Below are positions 50,476-62,700 of a stretch of 64,000 nucleotides of DNA, piece by piece. Below the pieces are notes generated by a model that did not search any database, was not told the origin of the DNA, and was given only the letters and a program-made list of their open reading frames with translations. Every line of letters begins with the position of its first letter. The first letter of the stretch is position 1. Both the position numbers and the translations under genes were made by a program. Source of the stretch: Harriotta raleighana (taxonomy: Eukaryota); the NCBI GenBank assembly GCA_050575255.1, contig JBNZDD010013731.1, forward strand, positions 12,300,998 to 12,364,997, written 5' to 3'.

Positions 50476-51992
50476 AGCAACTTGAACTTAATTAGGAAAC
50501 TGCTTTTCCACAACTCTTCAAAAGAAACAGCTTCCAAATTGAGAGCAAAGTTAAGAATTTTCCACATCTCTGCCTCATCTTTAATATTAAGAAACAATAA
50601 TGGTCTTAAAAGCTAAAACAACAACAACAACTTCGATTTAAAACAAGGTGGAGTTTCAGATATAAATTTTCCTAATCTACCTAACATTTAGCAGATAAAT
50701 CTATCATTAATGTCTTCTTATGGCATTAAAAAAAGTATTTAAATGCAGAAAACAATAGCGTGTGAATTGTATGAGGGTTGAATACAGTGCCTCGGAATGT
50801 AAAGTGTATCTCACATAGGGAGTCCCATGTATGTCATGCTGTCTCACCTACTCACCCAATTTGCTCAGGTGCCTTCTGTATCCTCCCCTCCACCATTAGT
50901 GATATTGCTTTCAGTCACTACTCCCCCAAACACTCAATCCTTCTACCTTATCTCCTCTTTGCCCATATTCCTCTTTGGATATGCCTGCAGTCACCTCCCC
51001 ATTCTCCCTGCCTTGACATCAGGCTCTGCCAGTTGGGACCATACATTTGATATGATTTATGCAAAGTATGAAATACGTCAAACTTGCATACAATATAAAG
51101 TCTTGAACGGACGTTGTGCAGATATATGACATATTCTACAGATCAAACTTATGCGAGTTTTACGCAATAAAAACAACAACAATTACAACAAAAATTTGCT
51201 TAATGTGAGTTTTTGGGATGGAGCAGATTTCCTCTGGGTCAAGATAACATGTAGGAGCTTTCTTGCATGAGACAACACCTTTACATCCTGATTGGTATTA
51301 TTAGACACATGTGCCATTTACAGTCCCATTTAAGCGCTGTTTCAATCCCATGTATAACACTGCGATTTGGACAAACTCAGGGAATCTACATCAGAGCCAA
51401 AACACATGTACAGAATATATCCTCCTGCGCCTCCTTTTTGTGCTTTGAGCAGATCACTATAAAACTCACTGGCATTTTGCCACGGTCTATTCTAATTTGG
51501 AATCGCCTTTTCTTTTTGCGGTTGCCCTGTGTGAAAGGTAATATAACTTCCAGGGGAATATTGCTTCAAATTAAAAAAATATGTGGGGATTAAAACATGC
51601 AGCGTCCTACGCATTGGCAATGTTCCTCTACATTTTTACAGTCGATTGGGGAGAATTGACCCCAGAGATGTTAGAGAAAACATTGCACAGCAAATACTCC
51701 GGTCAAAAATTTATTATGAGGACAACTTGTGCCCATAAACTGACTAGATAATTTAGTAGCCATTTGTACAGAAATCTCGTCAATGGTGTGGACAAATGCA
51801 TTGTAAAGTATATAACTTTTCCCCAAGTTTTTTTTGGTCAGCTGGGTGTCTGATATATGTGGAAATCCATTACTACGCTGAAGAATATGTATACCAGAGT
51901 GAGATAGTTAAAATTTTAAACACTACAGACCCATCTCAAATTTGCCCTTTCCTAAATTCCTGAAATGGATTGACGCCAACTAACTTTGCTTA

Positions 51993-52555
51993 CAGCTCTC
52001 TCTCCCTAATCGAGCCCCTCCAGTCTGGTTTCCGTCCTGCTCACAGGACAGTATTCAGACAGTTCTTCAAAGTCACAAACTATTTTAATTTCTCTATGTG
52101 ACCAGGGTTTCCTTGGCCTCCTTGCCCTTCTGGACCATTCTGCTGCTTTTAACACAGTCGATCATGACATCCTCCTCGACTGCTTCTCGTCCCTCATCCA
52201 TTTTAGTGAGATTACACTCTCCTCGTTCGAGTCCTACATGACCCACCACCATCACTATGAATCTGCAAATGCTTTCTCCTCCCCTCCTTGGCCCTCTTTT
52301 TTTCCTCATTTACATGCTCATTTTTGCTGATGTCATCCACAGACATGGGATCAATTTTGAAACCTATTTTTCCTCCTCCAGTCCATCTTCTGATGTTCTG
52401 TCCTCTTGCTTGTCAGATGTCAAGGCCTGGGTGAGCAGCAACTTTCTGCAGTTGAATGTTGACAGGAAACAAGTCATCCTACTTGTCTCCTGTCGATACC
52501 TGCTCACCTACGGCTCTGATTTCCTTAAGTTCCCCAGCCTATTCCACAAGTTGTT
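51993..52555 (+). mobile_element. L2 ORF2 (RT) fragment, heavily decayed
   Basis: LQSGFRPAH, AAFNTVDHDILL, LGPLFFLIYML, CLSDVKAWVSSNFLQLNVD (ORF 52257-52742). Confidence 0.85.
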
Positions 52556-53089
52556 GCCTTTGAGAGCTCCATATATGTATGCCACCTTCACATGGAAATT
52601 TCCCTGTTGCGGGATCAAATGTGCAAACTCTTCAGAAGTGTTCAATTCTGTATTAGGCTCAGCTTGGCAAGAGTCAAGACGTAGGGTCCCACAGTGTCTT
52701 TGGGACATCTGGAGTTTCTGGAGAACACCACAAATTTTCTGAAGTCAGCTGTCATGCTTCCTTCTGCTTGTTCAGTTCTAACCATCCTATCATTTAGCCC
52801 ACAAATATACAGTCAATTCACTTCACAGGATATTCTGTGAAGTGCTTTCAAATGTCTAGAAGATGTGAAAAACACTATATCAAATGCAAAGATTATTAGG
52901 GGTTTGGCCAGAGGCATTTTTAACATCAGTGCAATCGGTGCAATGCATATTGCGGGCCCCCAAAGTAAGGCAAAAAATCATCGAAATGGAAGGATTTGAG
53001 TATGCTGTGCTCTTATGTATGTTATACACCTGTATAGGGAAAACCTACAGAGGCATCGCACCCGGAGAAAGTTAATTTAAAAAAAACAC

Positions 53090-53148
53090 TGCGCATGCGC
53101 TCGCACTTATTAAAGCTCGCATGCGCCCTTATTAAATGTGACGTCACA
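53090..53148. promoter_or_regulatory. CpG-rich motif cluster: two NRF1-like sites and a full CRE palindrome
   Basis: TGCGCATGCGC 53090-53100, CGCATGCGC 53118-53126, TGTGACGTCACA 53137-53148. Function not shown; may be internal to a DNA transposon. Confidence 0.35.
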
Positions 53149-53404
53149 GGCCCCCCCCAGGAAAATGCACCGAGTAGGGTGAAGGCTTGAACAAGCCTCT
53201 GGATTTGGCTTGCAGTGGTAACAGGAGTTGAATGAGAAGAATCCTTGCTCTCAATGACTGGTCTGTCCCTCCATGTCCTGCTGAGTAGCAGGCTGACTAG
53301 TGTCATTGGCACAGGAACCAAACTACTGACACAGATAGTTCACTCAATTCTGACAAATATTGCCAACAATGTCATTTTGATCTTCAACACATTCCTCATA
53401 ATAA

Positions 53405-53562
53405 AACCATAGAATTATATAACACAGAAAAAGGACTTTCAGCCCATCATATCTGTGCTGGGTCTTTGAAAGAGCAATCCATTCGAGCCCATTTGCTTGC
53501 CTTTTCCATATTCCCCTGGAAATTATTCCTTTTTAGATACTTATGCAATTTCCTTTTAGATG
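53405..53562 (-). mobile_element. CR1 3' end remnant
   Basis: CATAGAATT..CACAGAAAAAGGACTTTCAGCCCATC..GTGCTG..CTTTGAAAGAGCAATCC, similar to 20532-20680. Confidence 0.75.
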
Positions 53563-53599
53563 CTAATACTGCCTTGAGCCCTGCCTGTTCTCGACCAGC

Positions 53600-54064
53600 A
53601 AGTTGGTTTTATTTACTGTGAGGTTAAACAGAGGCTTGTGGAGTAAGAAAACTTGCCTCAGGTTTTGCCCTGCTGGGGTCAGGGGTTGGGACTCAAGCAT
53701 GGGGGTGGGGCAGGATGGAGGGAAGGGGAGGGAGAGAGGTGGGAGAGTGGCAGAAGGCACGATCGAAAAGGAGGGTCTTGAGACCGGCCTCGAAGGAGGC
53801 ATGGAAGGAAACAAGGCGAAGGGATTGTGAGATGGAGTTCCAGAGTTTGGTGGCAGAGAGGCTGAAAGACTGGCCACCGATGGCAGGGCAGGTCGGGCCG
53901 GAGACATAGAGCAGACGAGAGCCCACTGAACTGAGTGGGCAGGCAGGGAGCTTGATAGGGAGCCAGCAGGTTGGAGAGAATGGATGAGGCAAGGCTGTGA
54001 ATGACCTTGAAACTGAGGATGAGTGCAAGGTGAGTGCTCTAACCAATATGCTACAGGACTCCAC
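53600..54064 (-). mobile_element. Family A SINE 5' half whose B box is replaced by about 345 bp of L2 (53677-54020)
   Basis: GTGGAGTAAGAAAACTTGCCTCAGGTTTTGCCCTGCTGG | L2 (AIGGQSFSLSATKLWNSI..LKTLLFDRAF) | GCAAGGTGAGTGCTCTAACCAATATGCTACAGGACTCCAC. Confidence 0.8.
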
Positions 54065-54510
54065 AATGGTATACAATGGTAACATAGAGGCTTTTGTCGC
54101 ATTGTCATATGAGTCCAGGAGAGTGATGACACAACTGGAGCACAATTCAGAGTCTCAGAGCAGCAAAGTGGTTCATAAGGATTGTAAGCCTTTTTGCTGC
54201 AATTATTCAAAAAAAAAGAACACAGAGCCCCTGTGACCTCTGGCACCGAGTGAAAACTATAACGTGGCCTGGTTTCAAAGTGTTGTGTTTGCAGGGCTCC
54301 TCAGCTTCAGGTTGACACTTCAGATAATTTCTATCATATGGGGAGATTGTGATTTTTTAGTATAATTTATTATCAAAACTGACTGAGCATCCTGTGAGGT
54401 CCTTCCTGATTATGCAATAAATATAATTATCCTGTGAGGCCCTTTCTCCACGCAGCTCTCTTACACTGAATGAAGCAGTCGACCTCAAGATGCAGCATCA
54501 AACCTACTTT

Positions 54511-54830
54511 GTGGAGTCCTGTGGGTCAGTGGTTAGAGCACTCGCCTTGTAAGTGAGAAATCTGTGTTCGATTCCTGGCAGGCGAAAAGTTGGGCAAGTT
54601 TCCTTACCCCCACTCTTCTGTTCCCTAGCAGTGTTTACCTCACGGTTGTTAGGCGATTAGGAAATCCTTTTCCCGAGATAATACTAATACCTTTAAAAAA
54701 ATTGGTTTGTGGGATTCTACGTGGCACAAATGGCATCGTGTTTCATCCATCAGGTATACTGTAAATTCACTTTACAGTACAACAACAACTTGCATTTATG
54801 TAGCACCCTCCACACCTCCACGTCAGAGCA
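54511..54830 (+). mobile_element. Family A SINE (long variant) ending at a - strand L2-type tail
   Basis: GTGGAGTCCTGTGGGTCAGTGGTTAGAGCACTCGCC..GTTCGATTCC. ACAACAACAACTTGCATTTATGTAGC at about 54779. Confidence 0.85.
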
Positions 54831-55473
54831 GCTTTAATAATCCATCATCATCCAATTCTCTTTCTGGCATTCTGTTGCGGAAATTCGGTTCCTAGACCTT
54901 TAGCTACAGTATTCTTTAATAAGAAGTTGACAGGATTCTTTAATAAGAAATCAGACTCACCTGGGGATACTATAGTAACATGAAGTGTGCCATGCTAACT
55001 CATGTGTGGGAACTCTGCTCTGATACAATCTACTTCTAGAGCATATTCCCATGAGTTCAACTGAGAGGCTTTATAACAATGTGAGCATTGTGCGTGTGTT
55101 TTTGAATGAACTTTCCAATATCAGCTGTCAAATACTCAAGCCTTTTCCCACTTTAAGGATCTATTTTACCTGTAAGGAGGAGGATTGTGGTGTCTATCTA
55201 AGAAAAACATTTTTCTGTTTGTTATCCAAGAGCAAAGATTACAAAGACTTTATCAGAAATGATCAATAAGAAGGGAATTTTCATCATTCCAAAATATCAG
55301 TGCTACTGCCTTTCCACTGCCATCTCATTAAAGCAACTTTTTCTTAAATAAGTGCAGTGTTTTCCACACTTTCTGTACTAATTTTATTGATTTCCTAGTG
55401 TGCAAGAAATGCTTCCTCCCTCTTGTATTTTGTGAGAGAGCTTATTCAGAGGAATGCATAAATATTAATCCTT

Positions 55474-55880
55474 ATAATAATAATCCTTGCATTTGATACA
55501 GAGCTTTATCTAGACATCTCAAAGCGCTTCACAGAATATACTGTAAAATGAATTGATTGTATATTTTGTAGGCGAAACGAGGCAGCCAATTGTGCACAGC
55601 AGTGTCCTAGAACCATTCATGGATTATAATGACCAATTTAGTATTTTTTTCTTGAAGGATTATTATCGCTACACGGGATAATAAGGAAATAAGGAAATTT
55701 GCCCAAGGTTTCGTTCTGCCTGGAATTGAACCCAGTTTTATCGCTTGTAAGGCAAGTATCACGCCACTATATCAATCCTTGCATTTGATATAATTCCTCA
55801 TCATGGGGTTGAGACATCTCAAAGTTCTTCACAAAATATATTGTGAAGTGTAGTGACTGTATTTTGTGGGCAAAACGAAT
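55474..55880 (-). mobile_element. Two tandem family A SINEs (55474-55770 near full length; 55773-55880 tail)
   Basis: Two AATCCTTGCATTTGATA tails. Head remnant GGAATTGAACCCAG..CGCTTGTAAGGC. Confidence 0.85.
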
Positions 55881-56159
55881 AAGAAATGAATGAAAGACGT
55901 TTACAAAAATCTAAAAAATAATAAAATACTTTATTTTATTTTGGTTATTTTTGTATTTGTTTCCTCCTGCAGTTTTTAAAGTGTTTAGTTCACTTGATTG
56001 AACTAAGAAGAGTTACTCAGCATCTTCACATATTGCAGAGAGGTAATATTCCTGGTAAATTTATTTGCCTCTGGGGATGAGAGCATCATATTCTCTGATA
56101 TTTTTGTGATATGAGTACTTAGTGATCCAACAGGCAATTTTGAAGCTGGTTTAACAATA

Positions 56160-56465
56160 ATAATCCACTTATTTGACATAACACCTTTGACGTCTGGAGA
56201 ACATCTCAAAGTTCTTTAGAGGATATACTCTGAAGGGTAATGATGGTTTATTTTGTAGGCGAAAGAAGTAGCTAATTTGTTCGGAACACTATCCCACAAA
56301 TACCATGAAGTGAATGACTCAGTGAGTGGGATGTTTCACATCGACCTAAACAGGCAGATGGGTTCTGGCTTGAATGAGTGACATCCAACAATGCAGTACG
56401 TCTCATGCACTGCACTTGTGTGCCAGTCTATGAGTTCAAAGTGCTGCCAACTGCGTCTGGCTGAA
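56160..56465 (-). mobile_element. Family B Deu-type SINE, decayed
   Basis: ACCTAAACAGGCAGATGGG..CCAACAATGCAG..CACTGCACTTGTGTGCCAG. Confidence 0.65.
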
Positions 56466-57867
56466 CACATACTGGTTCATGGTTCCAACGACAAAAGTCA
56501 CATTCTGACACTTCACCCAAGAGACCATTATTTACATGCGCTTTGACAGTAAATTATTCCAGACTATTTGGTTGGAGGGACAGCTACATCATCATTTTCA
56601 CCCGATGTCCATGCATGCACACCTCTACTAGGTTTGCCCACAAAAGAGACAGTTAACCCACTTCACAATATATTCTATGAAGTGCTTTGAGATGTTTCAA
56701 CGACCCGATAAGGCGCAATATTAAACTTCAGGATTAGGATTCGGTTCACTAGTGGGTAGCGACAGTGATAAGGAACGGGAACCCTACCTGATGTTTCTCC
56801 CTAGCCACTGAAGTCAACTGTAACATTCTTATTGCCACTCAACTAACTTATCACAGATGTGAAAACCACCTGGAATCTACTCAGTCTGTGTGGCTCGGTT
56901 AATTACGGCAGAAACTGACTGAGTCATTGAGAAAAGCTGATTTTGTGAGAAGTTAAAAGCAATTTAAACCAAATCAAACTGAGAGGCACTTCAAATTAAG
57001 AGTGCCACAAAGCAGTTAATTCCCTTAAGATAGTTTAAAATCATGCAATCGTGCTTGGATAATATTCACAGTGTACTCTAAAGGTCAGTGATGAAAACTT
57101 TATGAAAACTGATTTACGTTTGCATCTGCCAAAATAGCTCAGAAAGAGTCACCAGAGTGCAAGAGCAGTAGGAGGAGTGAATGACAGATCTGTAGCTTGT
57201 ACAAATCTTGCAAAAAATTTTGACTTTGAAAATCTCCCTTGCTGAATCAAAGAAGCACATTCCTATTGTACAGTACCTCCACAACTTTTGCATAATCTTG
57301 TTTCGGCCTGAATAGGATACATAATGCAGAACATAACCCACAAAGTACTTGGTCAAAGGAGATGTGTTGTCTTCCCCACAGTGAGTGCAAAGTTCAACAG
57401 GGTGAGGAACTTGATACCAGCGTATCAATAAATTAAAGGCCAGTGGAAAATATTTAAATGGTAAGTAGAGAATAATCTTCAAAATAAGACGGCATTTTTG
57501 AGGTTTTCTAATGCAATAATGTGCCAATCACACTTCAGCTCCCATTACTGTTAACCCCGGAGACTCCTGGGGCTTCATTGGATTTTTTTGTTAAAAATCT
57601 TTCATGTGTTTTTCTCCCTGATGGTACTTTGCTTACTGCTTATGTTCCTCCTCCAGCCTTGAGGTTGGGATAATTTCAACCCGTAGTCTTCTCCGTGGTC
57701 ATTGCCAATGTCATTCTGTGGTCAGCCAACAGGAGACATGATTCATGAATACAGAACTCGCCTATATCAGTTTTCATCCCCTTGGGAGAGAATGCCTCAC
57801 CTCCGCAACACTTTCTATCTTGTTTGAGAAAGTAATGAAATTTGCCAGTCACAAACTGAGTGGCATG

Positions 57868-58922
57868 AAGCCAGTCAGGAACCTGGGTGTCTTATTTGAC
57901 CCTGAACTGTCCTTTCTCCCCCACATCCACACCATGACCAGCACTGCCTTCCACCACCTCCATAACACTGCCTCACCTCTCAGGCTGCCGACCCTTACCT
58001 ACACTTTCGTCACATCAAGACTTAACTATGGTAACTCCCTCCTCTTTGGCGTTCCCAGCTCTTCCCTTCCAAGCTGCAGATCATCCAAAACTCTGTAGAT
58101 CGTGTGCTTTCATAGGAACATAGAAATATAGGAATTAGGAGCAGGAATAGGCCAATTGGCTCCTCGAGCCTGCCCCGCCATTCAATAAGATCATGACTGA
58201 TCTTCTAACCTAACTCCATCTGCCCGCCTTATCCCCACATCTCTTAATTCCTCTATGCTTTAGAAATCTATCAATCACAGTCTTGAATATATTCAAGAAC
58301 TGAGCATCTACAGTATTCTGAGGTAACGATTCCATAAATTCACTACCCTCTAAGTGAAGAAGTGTATCCTCAACTCTGTTCGAAAAGGCTGACTCTTAAT
58401 CTTAACAACTGTGATCCCTAGTTGTAGATTCTCCTACCAGGGGAAGCAGTCTCACACTGTCTACACTGTTTCCTGTACCAGGCTCCGCGACCCCATCACT
58501 CTTCGTCCGGCTCCATTGGATCCCTATTCCCCAGAGGATCGAATTCAAGATCCTCGCCCTCACTTTCAAGGCCATCCATGGTCTTGCCCTTCCTACCTCT
58601 CTGACCTGCTGACCCCTACCAATCTGTTCAATGAGCTCCATGTCTCCTGCCTAAACCACCCTACTATCGGTGGTCAGGCTTTCAGTCTCTCTGCACCCAC
58701 ACTCTGGAACTTCACCTTGTGTCCTCCCTTGCCTCCTTCAAGGCTAGTCTCGAGAACCTCCTTTTCGATTGTGTCTTCTGCCGTCCTCCCACCTCTCTCC
58801 CTACCCTCCCCCCCATACCCTGCTTCTCTCCCATGCTTGGTTCCCGACCCCTGACTGTTCAGTGCCTTGGGGTGTCTTCCCTACATGAAAGACATTCTAT
58901 AAATGTAATTTTGTTGTTGTTG
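57868..58922 (+). mobile_element. L2 LINE 3' part interrupted by CR1
   Basis: ORF 57745-58098 VRNLGVLFDPELSFLPHI..AFHHLHN..FVTSRLNYGNSLL and ORF 58411-58854 TIGGQAFSLSAPTLWN. Ends AATGTAATTTTGTTGTTGTTG. Confidence 0.9.
58111..58470 (-). mobile_element. CR1 3' end nested in L2
   Basis: CATAGGAACATAGAAATATAGGAA..GGAGCAGGAATAGGCCA..CTCGAGCCTGC. ORF 58402-58641(-) ends RLLPLVGESTTRDH (CR1 motif). TTTC flanks both junctions. Confidence 0.8.
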
Positions 58923-59374
58923 AGTGATTTGGAATGAGTTTCAGAGGTGAACTTGTACCATAGTTGGGGGTTGAGCACTCTCATTGTGGAACTATGGGGC
59001 TATGTCTATATACTTTCCTTGTTAAAAATGATTTCCTCTCATTGAGCCTTCAATGCAATGTTTACCAACAATTATTTTTATTTTTGCTGTGAGGTTGGAA
59101 CAGTCAGGATCATATTGAACCACAAAGACACCATCATTATTATTGTCAAAAACAGCTTCTGCCGAGCAGGATAAATCCTCTCCAGTGGAAAGAAAAATGT
59201 ATGAATTTTACATTGTCATTGAGTTTTTCCAATACATTAGCAGTTGTTTAACTTCCACTATATCCTTGAACATTTTCTAATTGAAAGTATACATGATATC
59301 GTTCCTGAGGTCCAATACAACTGGAGTGTATTTTCCAATTTATGGGAGATGATCTGGTTTGGTGGTAAATAATT

Positions 59375-59790
59375 GTAATAATCCTTATGTATTATATTGT
59401 ATTTCATGTTCTCAAAGTGCTTCATAGGATGTTTTGTAAAGTACATTTTTGCGGGTGAATATGGCAGCCAATTGATACACAGGAATGCCCTGCAAGCAGC
59501 CATGAACTGAATGACTAATTTTTCATAGGGCGATTGTTGGCCAGAACACTGAGAGACACTCTTTTCTCTTTTCAAATAGTGCCTTAGGATCTTTGATAAC
59601 CATAAAAACAAGCAGATGGGAACCCAGTTTAAGGTCTCGTCCTATTGAAGGCATCTCCAATGATGCAGCGCTCTCCCACCACCGCACAGGAATGTCATCT
59701 TAGATGATGTATTTAATGTCCCACTGTGGGTTTTAACACACAAGCTTCTGACTCAGAGGTGAGAGTACTTCTTCCAACTAAGTCATGCAA
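59375..59790 (-). mobile_element. Family B Deu-type SINE, near full length
   Basis: Tail, GGCAGCCAATT, TTGGCCAGAACAC, GGCATCTCCAATGATGCAGC, CTTCTGACTCAGAGGTGAGAGTAC. Confidence 0.8.
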
Positions 59791-59927
59791 ACCCCAAATT
59801 TGTGCTAAGTACATATATTTTAGAATTACAAGCTCTAACATTTTAGATGACCTTTAAACTTATACATATCCCTTACAATATTATTCTTGATTGTAAAAGT
59901 AATACTGTACTCCTGGAATTTGATATA

Positions 59928-60660
59928 CAACAACAACAAAATTTCATTTGTATTGTGCCTTTCACGTTGGTAGAAAATCCTATAATGCTGGACAGACTGT
60001 ATTCTGGACCCAAGCTGAGGGCATGGATTGGAATGGATGGAGGGCAGTGGGGAAAGGAGGTTGATTGAAAGCACTATCAAAGAAAAGGATCTTAAGATGG
60101 GTTTTGAAAGATGTGAGGGATTGGGTGAGGCGGATGGAGTTCCAGAGGATGGGTGGCTGAACAGCTGAAGGCCCACCCATCTATGGTGGGGCGGGTGAGG
60201 CAGGGAACTTGAAGCAGGCTGGAGCCCGCGGAGTGGAGGGAGTGGGCAGATTGGTAGGGAGTTAGGATGTCACAGAACGAGGCCATGGAGGATTTTGAAG
60301 ATGAGCACCAGGATCTTGAACTGTATCCTTTGTGTGATGGGAAGCCAGTGGAGTCAGGCATGGTGAGGATGATATAATCACGGAGCCTAGTGCTGGCTTG
60401 CACATGGGCTGCAGAGTTCTGGATTATCTGCAGCCTGTGGAGAGAGAAGATAGGAAGGTTGACAAACAAGGAATTTGCATAGTCAAGCCTTGATGTTATG
60501 AATGCCATATCATAATATGAAAATTATGGCAGCCGACAGTATGAGGCAGTAGAGGAGCCGGACAATGTTATGGAGGTGGGGGAAGGCAGAGCAAGTCATG
60601 ACATGGATGTGGGGTAGAAAAGATAGTTGAGGGTCGAACAATATGCTGTTTCCAGACTGG
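59928..60660 (-). mobile_element. L2 LINE 3' part
   Basis: ORF 60092-60508(-) [30 protein letters not shown]. Tail CAACAACAACAAAATTTCATTTG. Confidence 0.9.
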
Positions 60661-60874
60661 CTTAATGAGATGGAGTGTGCATCTATGGATGATATAGCGC
60701 TTTATAACATCATCAAGATGTCTTCAAGCGCATCACAGCATAGACTGTTAAGTGTTGCGACTGTCCATTTTATCCATTGATAAGTTATTGGTAATATCCT
60801 CTTGAGATAGTGACGGTCACCATGAAGTGACCCGCAGTGCCATCGAGAAGTGACTTACACTAGTCTAGGTGACA

Positions 60875-61002
60875 AAATACAAAATACTGCTGGATGTCTA
60901 AAACATAAACAGGAATCGCTGGGAACGCTCAATGGGGCAGATAGCATCTATGGAGAAAGGAAAGCAGGTTAACGTTTTGGGTGCATGACCCTTCATCAGG
61001 AC
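60875..61002 (-). mobile_element. Penelope-like element terminal fragment containing a decayed minimal hammerhead ribozyme (60968-61002)
   Basis: AAAATACTGCTGGA..AAACAGGAATCGCTGGGAACGCTCA..CAGATAGCATCTATGGAGA..GTTAACGTTTTGGGT..ACCCTTCATCAG resembles chondrichthyan Penelope ends as recalled. The - strand reads CUGAUGA-A-GGGU/ACCC-(A)AAAC-GUU. Confidence 0.65.
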
Positions 61003-62484
61003 GAATCTATGTAATGCACGATGCCACAGAGCCAATTTGACTCACCGGAATAATTTAATCAGGTGCAACTGGAGCAAAAAACGCAAAACTGAAATATATT
61101 TTAGGTCCTAACTCATGAACAATATGAGATATCCTAATACAAATATGCCCATGCCTCTTCCAGATGCAAGATCTTTCCGATGTGGTAGAAATTTTGTCTC
61201 GATGGCAATCAGATATTGAGATTGTTCTTAAAGCACACAGAGATATTGTCATTTTATTAGTATAAATATATATATATTTATAAAGGTTTGCCAGGATCAT
61301 TCATGTACAGTAATAGTATTATTGCAGACTTCATAGTTCATAAGAAAGACATCACTGGAAAGATTAATTTTATAGCAGTTTCACAATTTGTATCCTCCAT
61401 TGCCGTTTTGAAACTCAGCCACAAAAATAGCTTCCAGACCAAATAAGTGGCTTATTTTGGTAATATGATGACTGCCTAAATGTCTGATAGTGTCCAGATG
61501 GATGCCTTTGTCTCAGACTGCAGAATGCCATATTAGTCATTGGTAACATGGAAATGCTGGTGCCACTGATGTCTTAAGAGTATGAAAAGGAATTAGATAC
61601 CTTTTGACTCACATATGACTAGAGAGGGCAATCCTTAGGAAACTAATGCAAGATGGAAATGTGGATCAGTCTCCAAAAAGCGCTTTATACTTGCTGATGG
61701 CAGAGGAACAGAGGGTATCTCTCTGCTGTTGGAGGCAACTGGGACAGAGATGACTTGATTCTGGAACTGTACTGATTTTTAGGGGGGATCTGATAGATGT
61801 AAAAATCCATCACCATGCTTAAGTGTATCCAAATCAGAGTGAGTGTTTTACATATGTTCTGTATAATCCTTCCATTTGATATAGCGCCTTAACACATCTT
61901 TTTGAGAGATGTCTCAAAGCACTTCACTGAATATAGTAAATTTTGTAGGAAAACGCGGCAGCTAATTTCATTACATACCTAATTCTGGAGAATATCAGGT
62001 ACAGCTTGGCAAGAGCAAATGCAACTCCATCAATACAAGTATATGACAGTTGGAACAACCTCTGTGTATGTAGTGTCCTTCATGTGTGGTAACATTTTGG
62101 AGTACTTTTCAGGGTTAGGGTTGGATACTGAGCAGGATAGGAGTGGGTAGGAAAGAGAAAGGTGGACAAACGCCCATTTGAAGAGGTAGGATTTAAGGAG
62201 CGACAGAGTGGTAGTAAGGGGATTTATTAGAAATTACAGGAGTAGGAACTGAAAGCTCAGCTACCAATGATTGTGCAGAGAGTTTGAGTTAATGCAGCAA
62301 AGTTAGTTGTATGAAGGAACGAGTAGGGTAGAAGAAGATCAGATACATTAAACAACAACATTGGAAGGAGGCTGGGAAAAGATAACATGCTATTCTCTCA
62401 AACTCCTTTCTTCATCCAAACAATCTTGTAATCTTGTCATCATTGTATTGGGGAAAACAAAGCAGAAATCAGGAAGGAATATTA

Positions 62485-62700
62485 ATAATAATTCTACAAT
62501 CCTTGCATTTGATATAGCATCCTATCACATCTTGTAGATATCTCAAAGTGTTTCACAGAATAAACTGTAAAGTGAATTGATTGTATATTTTGTGGATGAA
62601 TTGTGGCAGCTAAGAGCACACAGCTATGACCCACAAACATTCATGGATTGAGTGACTAATTTTTTTTGAAGGAATTATTCTCTCCGGAAAAGCAATTGGA
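62485..62700 (-). mobile_element. Family A SINE 3' two-thirds
   Basis: AATCCTTGCATTTGATATAGC..GTAAAGTGAATTGA..GGATTGAGTGACTAATT. Confidence 0.85.

Noticed and set aside
57114-57527. 137-aa - strand ORF and other 60-115 aa non-repeat ORFs
   Set aside because: No recognisable domain or convincing exon structure. They are consistent with chance ORFs, and many rely on non-ATG starts.
61105-61265. Protein-like frames: - strand YLIAIETKFLPH..GIFVLGYLIL (faintly AIG1/ADTRP-like) and + strand MQDLSDVVEILSRWQSDIEIVLKAHRD
   Set aside because: Motif spacing does not match AIG1/ADTRP as recalled, the donors are poor, and both frames soon stop. Not supportable without a search.
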